From positions 89,776,001-89,840,000 of the forward strand of contig OX597821.1 of NCBI GenBank assembly GCA_951406725.2: 64,000 nt of DNA, read 5' to 3'. The stretch is from Octopus vulgaris. Lineage: Eukaryota. Below the pieces are notes generated by a model that saw only the letters and a program-made list of their open reading frames with translations, ran no database searches and was not told where the DNA came from. Made by a program: the position numbers and the translations under genes. Positions 26,550 through 41,050 of the stretch are shown one piece after another (the first letter of the stretch is position 1; each line of letters opens with the position of its first letter).

Positions 26550-26842
26550 GAGACAGAGAGAGACAGAGATTACATAATGTTTAATATTTTCTATAGATTT
26601 CAAGATATTGTGTGCATCTATATTTATATATCTGAATGAATTTATTGGTATGTGTATTTGTGTGATTTTATACATAAATTTTATACAAATGAAGAACTCT
26701 ATGAGTAAATAATGAAGTAAATTCATACAGAGATGTGTATGTATGTATATATGTGTCTATGTATGTAAAAATGTATATGAATACATCCACAAATAGGTAG
26801 ACCTATGGAGTGCATAAAAGGGTTATATATATAAAATACATA

Positions 26843-26903
<61 letters not shown>

Positions 26904-26981
26904 CCATATAAGAACAAGATTTTGCTTATAAGCTCTCAGATCTACATTTCTGTAAGTTACAAAAGATGGAATTTGTGAGTT

Positions 26982-27441
26982 CACATACATTCATACATAC
27001 ATATAGACATACAAACATACATACATGCATACATACATGCATGCATACATACAAGCATGCATACATACATGCATACATACATACATACATTCATTTTTAT
27101 ATAATACATACATACATACATAATACATGCATATAAGCACACATACATACATTCATATACACAAACATACATACATACATAATACTTGCAGACATGCATA
27201 TATACATACATACAGACATAAATAATACATGCATACATACATACATACACACAAACACACATACATGCATACATACATACATACATACATACATACATGC
27301 ATGCATACATACATACATACATACATACATACGTACATACGTACAAACATACATACATACGTACATACATACATACATACATACATACATACATACGTAC
27401 CTACATACATACATACATGCATGCATGCATACATACATACA

Positions 27442-27470
<29 letters not shown>
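26982..27470. repeat. (CATA)n microsatellite block
   Basis: Directly visible; a complementary (TATG)n block lies at 28425-28790. Confidence 0.95.
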
Positions 27471-27472
<2 letters not shown>

Positions 27473-27665
27473 TCAGTGAAAGACTGCTACTTGATTTCAA
27501 TCAAAGTCATCTTTTGATTGTTGTCTTAAAGCAGTATGGTTATTGTATGGTTTTGTTAATCCTGCTCAGGACCTCCTCCACACTCTTGCCCAGATGTGGT
27601 TACAATGTATGCCTCTTGCTGCAACTGTTCAGAGAATTGCCACCCATGATAAAACATGCTAAACA

Positions 27666-27827
27666 GGCGCAGGAGTGGCTGTGTGGTAAGTAGCTTGCTA
27701 ACCAACCACATGGTTCCGGGTTCAGTCCCACTGTGTGGCATCTTGGGCAAGTGTCTTCTGCTATAGCCCCGGGCCGACCAATGCCTTGTGAGTGGATTTG
27801 GTAGACGGAAACTGAAAGAAGCCTGTC

Positions 27828-27923
<96 letters not shown>

Positions 27924-28152
27924 GTGTGTATGTGCGTGTGTTTGTGTGTCTGTGTTTGTCCCCCTAGCATTGCTTGACAACTGATGCTGGTGTGTTTACG
28001 TCCCCGTCACTTAGCGGTTCGGCAAAAAGGGACCAATAGAATAAGTACTGGGCTTACAAAGAATAAGTCCCGGGCTCGATTTGCTCGACTAAAGACGGTC
28101 CTCCAGCATGGCCGCAGTCAAATGACTGAAACAAGTAAAAGAGTAAAAGAGT
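27666..28152 (+). mobile_element. SINE family A copy with expanded internal (TA)n
   Basis: Full length. Confidence 0.9.
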
Positions 28153-28529
28153 ATTATTCTATCAGGTCCACCAATAATATGCAACACATTGAAGAAAAGT
28201 AATAAAAAAATCAGGTGATGTTTGCACTTGGAATTCTTTAAAGCAAGGAAAGGGCCAATCTCAATTTCTAAATGATGTAGGTGTTTTCCTAAAAAAGAAC
28301 ATGTCTACACCATTGGATTCAAATGCAGTCACTGATGTTACTTAAGAGTGCAACTTCTAGACAAATGTCTAAGCAAGAATAAATGGTCTCTTACATACAA
28401 TCATATATGCATACACCCACACACATATGTATGTATGTTTGCATGCATATATGTATGCATGCATGTATGTATGCATGTATATATGTATGCATGTATGTAT
28501 GCATGCATGTATGTATTCATGTATATATG

Positions 28530-28563
<34 letters not shown>

Positions 28564-28699
28564 TGTATGTGTGTGTATGTATGTATGCATGTGTGTGTGT
28601 ACATGTGTGTGTGTATATACATATATGTATAAATATATATATATATATATATTTGTATATATGTATGTGTACATGTGCTTGTGTGTATATACATATATG

Positions 28700-28738
<39 letters not shown>

Positions 28739-29227
28739 TTATATATATATGTGTGTGTGTTTGTATGTATGTATTTGTACATATACCAGGTGTGATATAT
28801 ATATACATTTAACTTCTATTTAAACATTATAATTACCCATTATTCAAACATAAATTGAAACATTCTTATTCACAAAATTAGTTGCAAATGTTGTATAATG
28901 TTTCCTAACATTCTTTTATTTTATTGTTTACCCTTAATTAAAAATGGCAGCTGAAACTAAATGTGAATAAATTATAGCAATGAAAATGGCTTTCATAAAG
29001 AATTGTGAAGTGAAAATTGCTAGTATAATGAATTAAGGACTAGGGTGAAAGCATATGTGGCCATTTCGAATTGTAAATATGTATAAAATATTGTCAATAA
29101 ATATAGCAATCAATCTGTAGACTATTCATTAACCAAGACTTAAATCTTATTTTATGATAACATGAATATTGGATAAACATATATGTCACACCTGGCATAT
29201 GCAGATATATATATCATATTCTTCATT

Positions 29228-29610
29228 ATCATCGTTTAGTGTCCGCTTTTCATGCTAGCATGGGTTGGACAGTTCAACTGGAGTCTGGGAAGCCAGAAGG
29301 CTGCATCAGGCCCGGTCGGATCTGGCAATGTTTCTACAGCTGGATGCCCTTCCTAACGCCAACCACTCTGTGAGTGTAGTGGGTGCTTTTACGTGCCACC
29401 GGCATGAGGGCCAGGGGAGGCTGGCAAACGGCCACGGACGGATGGTGCTTTTTACATGCCACCAGCACGGAGGCCAGGCAAGGCTGGCAATGGCTACAAT
29501 TGGATGGTGCTTTTTATGTGCTACCGGCACGGGGGCCAGGCGAGGCTGGCAAAGGCCATGTTCGGATGGTTTTCTTATGTACCACCGGCACTGGTATCAC
29601 AGCTGCATTT
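29228..29610 (-). mobile_element. SINE family B copy
   Basis: Body plus four tandem units. Confidence 0.85.
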
Positions 29611-29634
29611 TCCATTATATATATATATATATAA

Positions 29635-29933
29635 CTAGCAGTATCACCCAGCGTTGCTCGGGTTTGTAAGGGAAATAACTATATAAGCATTTTTAGAGAG
29701 TTATTTCCCTTATATAATAGCGAAAAAATGCATTAAAAATGGGAAAAAATTATGGTAAATTTTTTTTTAAATTGTAGACTCATCGTAGATACGCGCTAAT
29801 ACCCAGAAGGGCTCGATATGAATCACGACTATAAGATACCCGGTTTTGATTAAACTGCACCACAAAATGTGGGAGTAGTTAGGAATCTAAATCATAGGAG
29901 ACAGACACACAACTTCACTTTTATATATAAAGA
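29635..29933 (-). mobile_element. Non-autonomous Helitron
   Basis: Minus strand begins A|TCTTTATATATAAAAG and ends with hairpin CCCGAGCAACGCTGGG then CTAG|T. Confidence 0.85.
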
Positions 29934-30399
29934 TATCCATATACATACATGCATATATATAGTGTGTGTATGTAATTGTTATCATAATACAAAGATATAC
30001 TTGTATCTATTTATCATTGTATTATATCCATTTTCTAAGCGTGCATGCATCAGACAGGTCAGGTCAGCACAGCGTCTGTCTTGTCATATTTTCTTTGCCA
30101 TCCATTTCCTTTGAATTTAGCCTTTGTGACATCCACTTTCACATGTTCTCTAGTCTTTGTTTCCTGCAGGTTCCTTCTGTTTTGATCAATTGCCACTTCT
30201 TTACCAAACTTACCATCACATGTCTGTATCATCTCGGTCTTCTCTCTTGCACATTGTATCTGATTATTCTTGTACCCCTGTTTTTCTCTCAACTTAGTTC
30301 TGTGTTGTGATTCATACACATTAAATAACGCTGCACATACAGTAGAGCATTCTTGACTCATTCTCACTTTGTTCCAGCTCTCTCATATCTCTCATCTTC

Positions 30400-30722
30400 A
30401 GTCAGTGACCATGTTTTGCCATCAAACAACATGATACCATCAAATAATCTCAGAGAGAATTTCTTTATTGCCAGCAGAATAATAGATCTTTAAACTTTCC
30501 CCACCACATTCTTCCTCTGATAGCTGCTTTTGAAACATCACCTCCACCACCAAATAGGTCACCTAGGTAACAAAGGCTATCAGCTGCATCTTTGGAACAT
30601 TCCAACCATTAGAAATAATTTAGTTTGAGGTCATTTACTTCTAATTTCTCCTGTGAATCTGCTACTCATAAAGTCCTTCACTATTGACATTCCTAAATTG
30701 TCTCCACACCGCTTGTACACAA
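30400..30722 (-). pseudogene. RTE-clade LINE reverse transcriptase fragment
   Basis: VYKRCG..., DSLCYLGDLFGGGGDVSKA...WGKFKDLL. Confidence 0.75.
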
Positions 30723-30739
30723 ATAACTTATATAAGATG

Positions 30740-30904
30740 CAGCGGCTGTGTGGTAAGTAGCTTGTTTACCAACCACACGGTTCTGGGTTCAGTCCCACTG
30801 TGTGGCACCTTGGGCAAGTGTCTTCTGCTATAGCCTCGGGCCGACCAAAGCCTTGTGAGTGGATTTGGTAGACGGAAACTGAAAGAAGCCTGTCCGTCAT
30901 CATC

Positions 30905-30936
<32 letters not shown>

Positions 30937-31150
30937 ATTTGTGTGTCTGTGTTTGTCCCCCTAGCATTGCTTGACAACCAATGCTGGTGTGTTTATGTCC
31001 CTGTTACTTAGCGGTTCAGCAAAAGAGACCGATAGAATAAGTACTGGGCTTACAAAAAGAATAAGTCCCGGGGTCGAGTTGCTCGACTAAAGGCGGTGCT
31101 CCAGCATGGCCGCAGTCAAATGACTGAAACAAGTAAAAGAGTAAAAGAGT
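30740..31150 (+). mobile_element. SINE family A copy
   Basis: Colinear with the consensus. Confidence 0.9.
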
Positions 31151-31409
31151 ATATAAAATTTCAACTTACTCCTTCTCTGAAAATCAAGCATGCCAATTTC
31201 CCAAAATACAAAATCATCACTGCTTGCAGTAAGTTCTTGTAGCACTGTCTCCAGACCACTTTCTTCTTGTCATCAGTGAGATCAAATGCTGTTATATCAT
31301 TGCATAATTACTTTTCCTCAACGATCTTTCCGTTCACCCTGATACCATGTAACCTAGAACACCTCACACCTCTTATCATAATGGTTTCAAATATTTTGCC
31401 ACAGGAGTA

Positions 31410-31575
31410 GCCATTTTGAGGGAGGGGATGAATCGATTACATCGACCCCAGTGTTTCACTGGTATTTAATTTATCGACCCCGAAAGGATGAAAGGCAAAG
31501 TTGAATCAGAATGTAGCGACAAGCGAAATACCACTAAGCATTTCGTTCAGAGCGCAAATGGTTCCGCCACCTTGT
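31410..31575 (-). mobile_element. SINE family D fragment
   Basis: ATCGACCCCAGTG...TATCGACCCCGAAAGGATGAAAGGCAAAG; relatives at 18765-18865, 21720-21870 and 56530-56740. Confidence 0.7.
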
Positions 31576-33000
31576 CACCTTCACACCTCTTAAGGGTTTT
31601 TCCATCCGGGTTGCAGATCCGTGGAATAAGCTGCTGGATGAGATAGTGAAGATGCCAACGACCGTTCGGTTCAAAGTCTCCCTTTACCACAAGTGGCCTG
31701 AACTCTTTACATGAACTCCACCCTGTACATAACTCCATGTCCCCCTACATGGCCTTGCTTTTTGCTTTTTGAGCCAAAAAATTAACTAACTAACTAACTA
31801 ATGCCAGGAAGATTTGTTAATTTATCCTTTCAGTTTCTCTCCTTCCTAAGTATACCTGAGACTATTGGTTGAAATCAGGCTGTCTCTATGATAGTAATGT
31901 ATTTAGAGGGAGTCTTTGTAGTACTTGGTGGCAGAAATGCACTGAATGGTCAGTCCTAATCATTGTCAGGATAGCCTGAGTAGTCATGCATCATGGTTGG
32001 CAAGATGATAGGAGGAATAAAAGATGATACTATCTGTTATCCACTATCCGTATCAATAATTGTGCTTGCTGTAGCATCTCACATCAACTGTGATTATATA
32101 ACTTTAAGACATTAGCAATAATAAAAGCAACAAAAAGGATAACTATTTGGTCTTCTCCAATGGTTTTTCACTGGTTTCACCAACATTGATTGAAACTTCT
32201 GCACTCAGTCTGCAGGATTTTCCTAAGAAACGAGAAGAATATGTCATGCTCAAAAGACAGCAAGTGTTTTATGCATACACACACGCACATACATATATAT
32301 ACATATATACGACGGGCTTCTTTCAGTTTCCACCTACCAAATCCACTCACAAGGCTTTGGTCGGCCTGAGGCTATGGCAGAAGACACTTGCGCAAGATGC
32401 CACACAGTGGGACTGAACCCGGAACCATGTGGTTGGTTAGCAAGCTACTTACCACACAGCCACTCCTGCACCTATATATATATATATACCATACATTTAA
32501 TGTCTGTGTATGCTCGTCTTTAAACACTTAATGTATGTGATAGGTTAGGAAATATAATTTTTCACAGAAATTTCAATACCACAAGACATCATGAAAATAG
32601 TTCTTTTCCCAAAATAAATTCTATTTTGATATTCCTGTAGAATTTCTTCAATTTTTAATAAACTTTTAACTTGTGTACAGACTTATTTCAAGATCTTAGC
32701 CATTACTTCTGTCAATAGAATCTTTATACCGACATCCATTTTGTATTCTGCTCCACACAGCTCCAGTCTAAAATAGCTACATTCTGTGGCTTGTTATTGT
32801 TAATGTTATTATAGTTATTGTTGTTGTAACTGTTATTGTTGTTGTTGTTGTTGTTGCATTGGTGATTTTTAGTTTGGAAATCTTCAATTTTTTTTTTTCC
32901 TTTCTTTGTCTTGAGCGTGTGTGTTTCATGTTATTTTCTTTTTTTAGCCTTTATTTCTTCCTCTGCTTTACAATATCATCTTCATCCCCCTTATCCCAAC

Positions 33001-33290
33001 CTCCTCCTCCTCCTGCTTCTTCTTCTTCTCCTTCTTCTTCTACTACTTCTTTTTCTCCTACTATTTCTTCTTCTTCTTCTTCTTCTTCTTCTTCTTCTTC
33101 TTCTTCTCCTTCTTCTTCTTCTCCTTTTTCTTCTTCTTCTTCTTCTTCTTCTTCTTCTTCTTCTTCTCCTTCTTCTTCTTCTCCTTATTCTTCTTCTTCT
33201 TCTCCTTCTTCTTCTTCTCCTTATTCTTCTTCTTCTTCTTCTTCTTCTTCTTCTCTCCTTCTTCTTCTTCTTATTCTTCTTCTTCTTCTT
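33001..33290. repeat. (CTT/CCT)n polypyrimidine tract
   Basis: Directly visible. Confidence 0.95.
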
Positions 33291-34214
33291 TTCCTCTTTT
33301 TCCTTCACCTTCTCCTCTGCCTCCACCTCTCCTTTTCCTCTTCACCTCTATTTCCTTGTCTCCTCTTCCTAACCTTTTTAGCCTCTTTCTCACCTCCTCA
33401 CACTCTTCGTCTCCTTCTCTCCTTCTTTCTTGCCTTCTTTTCCTTCTTATCCTCCTGTTTTCTTTGTAACTTTTACCATTCCTTATTTCTATTTTATGCT
33501 CTCCATCATCCACCACTTCCCTTCGCTTCTCCCCTACTTCTTCATTCACTTCTTTCTTTCTATCTTCCTCTTCCCCCACCCTTTATTCTACAAACAACCC
33601 CACCTTCTTTCCACAGTACAGATCTATATGTGCAACAGAGGGGCATGTTTAAAGGAAATGCAATTTTTTTTTTCTTTTTAAATCATGCACACAGCCACAT
33701 TCTTCCACTCACACAATCACAAATACAACTCTGCTCATTCATGCACATACAGACACAATCATGCACCTTTATAAACACATGCATAAATTCACAAATGCAC
33801 AGGCAATCATGCATATACACAGATATGCCCTTTGAGATACATGCAATTATACAAATATTCACATATATGCTAGCACATGCTAACTCCCAAATTTTCACAC
33901 AATCGCATACATGCGCATATATATATATATACAATTACACGAAAAAGAAAGATAGCATTTCTCTCACTAACTGTGCATGTGTGGAAGTTAAACTAAATGT
34001 GCAGTAGTTTAACAGAACTGGTTAGACAGTGCAATTAAAGAAGTAAACCCATACCCATTTTCCACCCTTTTCTTTTCTTTAGTTAAATTTTTAGCACAAA
34101 ATTGTGATGTATGTATGTTTGCATGTAGACATATTTGGTATGTGTATTGATATCTATATATATATATGTATTTATATATATATAGATATATATATATATA
34201 TACATATATATACG

Positions 34215-34246
<32 letters not shown>

Positions 34247-34556
34247 AATATAAATATAAATATAAGTATGTATGTATGTATGTATATGCATATATATGTA
34301 TATGCATACACACACACACATGCCTCTAGTGCATTGAATTTTTAGTGTGAAACCCGTTGGTAAGATCTGCCATAATGGATGTATAATAATGTGCATTTCA
34401 ATTAATATATATATATATACATATATGTATTTATGTATGTATATATATGTGTGTGTGTGTGTGTATGCATATATAAATAGATAGATATAGATATATACAT
34501 ACACACATACATTGCTAATGCGTATCTTTATAGTAATTGTTATTGTGGTTTGGGGG

Positions 34557-34760
34557 CATCATCATCATCATCATCGTTTAACATCCGCTTTCCATGGGTT
34601 GGATGGTTTGACTGAAGACTGGTGAGCCAGATGCCTGCACCAGGCTCCAATCTGATCTGGCAGAGTTTCTACAGCTGGATACCCTTCCTAATGCCGAACA
34701 CTCTGAGAGTGTAGTAGGTTCTTTTATGTGCCACCAGTACGAGGGCCAATCAGGTGGTAC
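34557..34760 (-). mobile_element. 5'-truncated SINE family B copy
   Basis: Body and tail. Confidence 0.8.
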
Positions 34761-35515
34761 TGTCTGAAGAATCTGCTACTTGTATACAAATTTTAAATTA
34801 TCTATTGTGCCTGTAAAAATGTGAACTTGCTAACCACCTTATTATTATTGTAAATAACAGTAATAATACTACTTTATATATATATATATATAGATATAGA
34901 TATAGGTATATAAATATATAAATATAAATATATATATGCATGTGAGTATGCCTAAGTAAATGTTGGACCAGATTTTCAGATTTCATTTTAAAACTGGGTA
35001 GACAGTATATACTTCTAGAAGTGAAATGTATCTATCTTATGTTAAAGCTTGCAATCTTCTGGTTAGTGTATTCAACAGTAACATAGCATTTGATATTTTA
35101 ATAAAGGAATGCGTTTCTGACAGGCAAATTTTGTTTGTATTGCTTAAGTTTCTGATAAACTGACACAAATAGAAAGCATTATTCACATGCAACAAGCACA
35201 CATCTTTAGTCCTAGCTTTGCTTCATAAATGTAAAATAAGGAACAGGCGTGATCAGAATGCTTGTTATCATGTGTCTGCTCCATTCCAGTTGGTCTGGAG
35301 TTTCAGCCAGAACAGCAAGAACAATGCATACAGATTACACCAGTAGACATGCAACTTGTTGGAAATAGCTGCCAAATCACTTTCAAGTCACACCCTGTTG
35401 TTTTAAAAAGAAAACATGGAACAATATGCACCAGCTGGTTCAAACTATTTTCTCAAATACATGCACACACTCATCCACATATATGCATGTATATGTGTGT
35501 ATATATATATATATA

Positions 35516-35857
35516 TTACCACCAATACCACCACCAATACCACCAATACCACCACCAATACCACCAATACCACCACCACCACCAATACCACCACCACCAC
35601 CACCACCACCACCAATACCACCACCACCACCAATACCACCACCAATACCACCACCAATACCACCAATACCACCCCCACCACCAATACCACCCCCACCACC
35701 AATACCACCAATACCACCAATACCACCCCCCCACCACCAATACCACCCCCACCACCAATACCACCCCCACCACCAATACCACCCCCCCACCACCAATACC
35801 ACCCCCCCACCACCAATACCACCCCCCACCACCAATACCACCCCCACCACCAATACC
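35516..35857. repeat. C-rich (CCA)nATA minisatellite
   Basis: Units CCACCAATA and CCACCCCCCACCACCAATA. Confidence 0.95.
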
Positions 35858-36359
35858 GGTGAACACTGTTCTCACCATCTACACCGGATACTCCCTCCTC
35901 CTCCCCCACCACCCCTTCCTACCCCTTCTCCTCATATGCTTTCACTGAGAAAAGACAAGCTGCTAGCGTCTCAGCTCATCAACCGCCCTCTGATCTTACG
36001 CTTCCTCCTGTTTTGAATCTGACACTGCCTCAATCCTACTATCTCCTTCCAGTCCCCTCCATGCCTCGTAATATCCTACGTTTTTATTTCTTACAAACCT
36101 GCACCAACCCTTCCTGCCATCGTTCCTCCTTACCCACCCAACCTTCCCCACACCTACCCATATATATATATACACATCCTACGTTTATATTTCTTACGAA
36201 CCTTCACCAACCCTTCCTGCCATCGTTCCTCCTCCCCCAACCTTCCCCACTGGTGCTCCCCTATATTACCTGCACCCCTTTACTATCTCTCCCTCTCTTT
36301 TCACTGGTGAAACCTTTCTCAGCTGGACCCCCCCAACTCAACTCTACCCCGCATCCCGT

Positions 36360-36624
36360 TGCCCCCGTGTCCCTGGCACGTTAAAAGCTCGAACCGATCG
36401 TGACCGATGCCGGACCCCCCGGCCCCTGTGCAGGTGGCACGTAAAAAAGCACCCAATCCACTCACGGAGTGGTTGGTGTTAGGAAGGGCATCCAGCCATA
36501 GAAACTCTGCCAGAATCAGACTGGAGCCTGGAGCGGCCCCTGGCTTCCCAGACCCCGGTCGAACCGTCCAACCCGTGCTAGCGCGGAAAACGGACGTTAA
36601 ACGATGATGATGATGATGATGATG
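36360..36624 (+). mobile_element. SINE family B copy (CpG-rich, probably young)
   Basis: Body plus (GAT)n tail. Confidence 0.85.
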
Positions 36625-36771
36625 ATATATATATATATACACACACATATATATAAGTATGAATATACATAGCTGATGTACACGAAGTACACGAAGTACA
36701 ATTACTGCTATCTTACTGGATAGTAAAATTACTTTTTGTAATATTTATATATTTTTTGTATATATATATAT

Positions 36772-36811
<40 letters not shown>

Positions 36812-37685
36812 GTATTGACTTGACACTGTGTAAACAAATGTCTCTATCATGCAAACAGTATCTTTCATTCCTAATCTTCTGTGAAAACATGGGTAAATAT
36901 TACCTTGGAAACAGCTGAGAGTTTGTGTCAAGAAGGGCATCCGGTTGTAGAAAATTAGAAAATCCACCTGGACGAAATTCTATGTAACCCATGCGAACAT
37001 GGAAAAGCATGTGTTAAAATGATGATTATTATTATTATTATTATACACACTCTCTCTCTCTCTCTCTCACACATACACACATACACCTCTCTCACACGTA
37101 TATATACAGTCATAACATATAAAACACCCAAGTATATTGCAATGTCTACTTTATGTTATTCTTCATATGAAGAACATCTTCCAACTGAAACAGAAGAACA
37201 GAATGTCAACTCAATATAAAATTGGACAAACTGTCTGAAGAATCTGCTACTTGTATACAAAATTAGAAAATGTTAATAATATTGGTATTCTGAGAATTCT
37301 ACCAATTCCAAACATTGGAATTCTCTCCTCACAACAGATGAATATTATAAATATTTTGAACTTTATTAAATTGATTTTTCCTGATGCTATCCTCTCCATC
37401 CTAAATCGTCATGAAATTTAGAATTTAACTCTCTGTGATATCGACTGTTAAGTTAAATAAGTGCAAAAGTCTTTATCCCAGACCTGTCACAGAGGTTATT
37501 CAGATAATATCATTAATATTGATTATGAAGTATCACTTTCAACCTAAGTGTATCATGTGATGGAGTGCTCTTATTAAGTATCTATTTGAAACTTACACTC
37601 AATTTCACATGAAGACTGGATAGGACCCCTCCTGTCTAGGTTCATCAGGTTTTCTTTGTAATTTCTAATTTCTGTGCCAATCATA

Positions 37686-37847
37686 GGCACAGGTGTGGCT
37701 GTGTGGTAAATAGCTTGCTTACTAACAACATGGTTCCGGGTTCAGTCCCACTGCGTGGCACCTTGGGCAAGTGTCTTCTACTATAGCCTCGGGCTGACCA
37801 AAGCCTTGTGAGTGGATTTGGTAGATGGAAACTGAAAGAAGCCCGTC

Positions 37848-37883
<36 letters not shown>

Positions 37884-38172
37884 ATAATAATATTAGGGAG
37901 TAAATCCAAACTTACAGTGGTTTTATCTCTAATTTAATATATATATATATATATCTTTATATATATATTTGTCCCCCCAACATCACTTGACAACCGATGT
38001 TGGTGTGTTTATGTCCCCGTAACTTAGCGGTTTGGCAAAAGAGACTGATAGAATAAGTACTAGGCTTACAAAGAATAAGTCCTGGGGTCGATTTCTTCGA
38101 TTAAAGGCGGTGCTCCAGCATGGCCACTGTCAAATGACTGAAACAAGTAAAAGAGTAAAAGAGAGAAAAGAG
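37686..38172 (+). mobile_element. SINE family A copy with a short insert in the internal (TA)n
   Basis: Insert AGTGGTTTTATCTCTAATTTAATAT is nearly the reverse complement of the terminus of the hammerhead module at about 55628-55655. Confidence 0.85.
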
Positions 38173-38350
38173 AATGTCTTTCCACTCCCATTCTGATGTT
38201 CACATCTTTGTGACTAAGAATAATCGTGTAAATCTTTTCATAATTGTTTGTGGGGATCCATCAGTGTCTGAGTTCTCAGTGATGAGAGTACATGTGATTG
38301 CACAGTCCAAAACTGAAAGCCCACAGGCACTCATAGATATCGCAACAATA

Positions 38351-38738
38351 TATCAAAGCACTCCGTCGGTTACGACGATGAGGGTTCCGGTTTATCCGAA
38401 TCAATGGAACAGCCTGCTCGTGAAATTAACGTGTAAGTGGCTGAGCACTCCACAGACGCGTGCACCCTTAACGTAGTTCTCGGGAATATTCAGCGTGACA
38501 CAGAGAGTGACAAGGCCAGCCCCTTGAAATACAGGTACAACAGAAACAGGAAGTAAGAGTGAGAGAAAGTTGTGGTGAAAGAGTACAGCAGGGATCACCA
38601 CCATCCCCTGCCGGAGCCTTGTGGAGCTTTTTAGGTGTTTTCGCTCAATAAACACTCACAACGCCCGGACTGGGAATCGAAACTGCGATCCTATGACTGT
38701 GAGTTTGCTGCCCTAACCACTGGGCCATTGCACCTCCA
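38351..38738 (-). mobile_element. tRNA-derived SINE family C with 12-bp TSD
   Basis: TSD ATCGCAACAATA at 38339-38350 and 38739-38750; A box TGGCCCAGTGG, B box GTTTCGATTCC. Confidence 0.9.
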
Positions 38739-39372
38739 ATCGCAACAATAGTCTGTTGACTGGATTGAGGTGTATGTTGTCCTGTGTTGTCTTTCTCTGG
38801 CAGCGTGATGCCATTGCTAGTCCTCTTCAAAGGCTGTTGCTGCTCATGAGATGAAAGACCTCCACACTGATCTGTCTGCAGAAGAGTCTTTGAGTTTACG
38901 TAGAATAATGCCATTCCATTTGAGGTTGCTAATAGACATAAAATCAAGTGTTTTGGTCAATCAGTGCCAACCTAGAGCTAAGCAACAAGACAACAAAAAC
39001 AACAAATAATTGGAAGCTGTTTTCAGCTAAAATTCTTCACTGTTCAATTACAGCACACACAAAACAGTGCCAAAACTTCCATATACTTAAAAACAGCAGC
39101 CACAGGTGTCTACTTAAAATTATGTGTCCCATTCTGCTTCTTGTGTGAACAAAAGCCAATAACAAAACACCTGTAGTATATCTCAGTTACCTAAAATACT
39201 TGTTAGATGCTAATAAATAATGTCAATAGTAAACAACTTCAGAATGTATAAAATACAACTCAGACTTGTGTAGTTAAATAGAAATAATCAAAAGCCAATG
39301 TGAGATAGTTATAGAATATAGCAAATGTAACTTATGGATGTATATTAAATTAACAGCATATGATGATGCTAA

Positions 39373-40041
39373 AGAAGAAGAAGAAGAAGAAGGAGAAGAA
39401 GGAGAAGAAGAAGGAGGAGGAGGAGAAGGAGGAGAAAGAGAAGAAGGAGAAGAAGAAGAAGGAGGAGGAGGAGAAGAAGAAGGAGGAGGAGGAGAAGAAG
39501 GAGGAGAAGGAGAAGAAGAAGGAGGAGAAGGAGGAGAAGGAGGAGAAGGAGAAGAAGAAGGAGGAGGAGGAGAAGAAGGAGGAGGAGGAGGAGGAGAAGA
39601 AGAAGAAGGAGAAGAAGGAGAAGGAGAAGAAGAAGAAGAAGAAGAAGAAGCAGAAGAAGAAGAAGAAGAAGAAGGAGAAGAAGAAGGAGAAGAAGAAGAA
39701 GAAGAAGAAGAAGAAAAAGAAGAAGGAGGAGGAAGAGGAGGATAAGGGGAAGAAGGAGGAGGATAAGGGGAAGAAGGAAGAGGATAAGGGGAAGGAGGAG
39801 GATAAGGAGAAGAAGGAGGAGAGGATAAGGAGAAGAAGAAGGAGGAGAAGGAAGAAGAAGAAGAAGGAGGAGAAGGAAGAAGAAGAAGGAGAAACAGAAG
39901 GAGAAGGAGGAGGAGGAGGAGGAGGAGGAGGAGAAGGAGAAGAAGAAAGAGAAGAAGAAGGAGAAGAAGAAGGAGAAGAAGAAGGAGAAGAAGAAGGAGA
40001 AGAAGGAGGATAAGGAGAAGAAGAAGGAGGAGAAGAAGAAG
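39373..40041. repeat. (GAA/GGA)n polypurine tract
   Basis: Directly visible. Confidence 0.95.
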
Positions 40042-40838
40042 AATTGTAGTAGTAGGAGCAAAAGAAGATCTGCTCTTCACTATTACATTTTCAAGCAAAA
40101 TTCAGTAGTATTAATGGTGGAGTCTCCATCAGTTTGTAATGATGAATATTCAGTTGTTAGATCAACTGGATGATCAATTCATTAAATTAATACATATGTG
40201 GCTGAATATCTGACAGACATTTGTACCTTTAAAGCATAATTCTCAAACTGAAATACAATGGTGAAGTCACGACAAAGCTAGAATTTTGATTTACAAATAC
40301 AATCCAATTGGATTTTGCATGCAGTTTCAGTCTCTCTGATTTTACTGACCAATCTTGGGTTGACCTGAAACTATGATAAAATACAATTGATGAAAGTGCC
40401 ACACTTTTGGATTGAACCAGTGTCCATGAGAATGTAAATCAAACTTGTAAAGTACTTGACCATGACAGTTTCCATAGAAGCCAAGAGGAAATATATCGAA
40501 TGCCTCCATCACTAGTGAAAATATGAAGAAAAGCTGATGATATCTGAAGCTTGACTTCTATCACCAAGCATGACTAAGAACATGAACAATATGCATATCT
40601 ATTTCTTACAGTTGAAGATAGCTTGAGGAATCAGAAATAATCTATAGTAAGTAGAATATAAAGTTAATGGTAGTATAAAAGAATCTTACAATATTTCATA
40701 GAATTATCACCAAAATCAAATCGATTTAAGATACAGAGAAATAGCATTTTATAGCGTATATGCGTCATGCACATATATATGCACACACATTGTGTATTTA
40801 TTTATATTATATCATGATTAAGAAACAGTTGTGTAGTT

Positions 40839-40986
40839 CATTATTTACATTATTTACATTCAACAGATATTTGTCCTCATCCTGTTTGTTGTTAACACAA
40901 CGTTTCGGTTGATATACTCTCCAGCCTTCTTCAGGTGTCTTAGGGAAATTTTAAACATGTGTTCTCATTCCTAATGTATTTTTCGA

Positions 40987-41050
<64 letters not shown>

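Noticed and set aside
32859-34007. 382-aa ORF and overlapping poly-S/L/R frames
   Set aside because: Open only because the CT-rich microsatellite lacks stop codons; no domain content.
35262-36016. Proline-rich, formin- or extensin-like ORFs
   Set aside because: All six frames are open across a simple (CCA)nATA repeat; no flanking domain or clear splice context.
39274-40098. Glu/Gly- and Lys-rich ORFs
   Set aside because: Translation of the (GAA/GGA)n tract.
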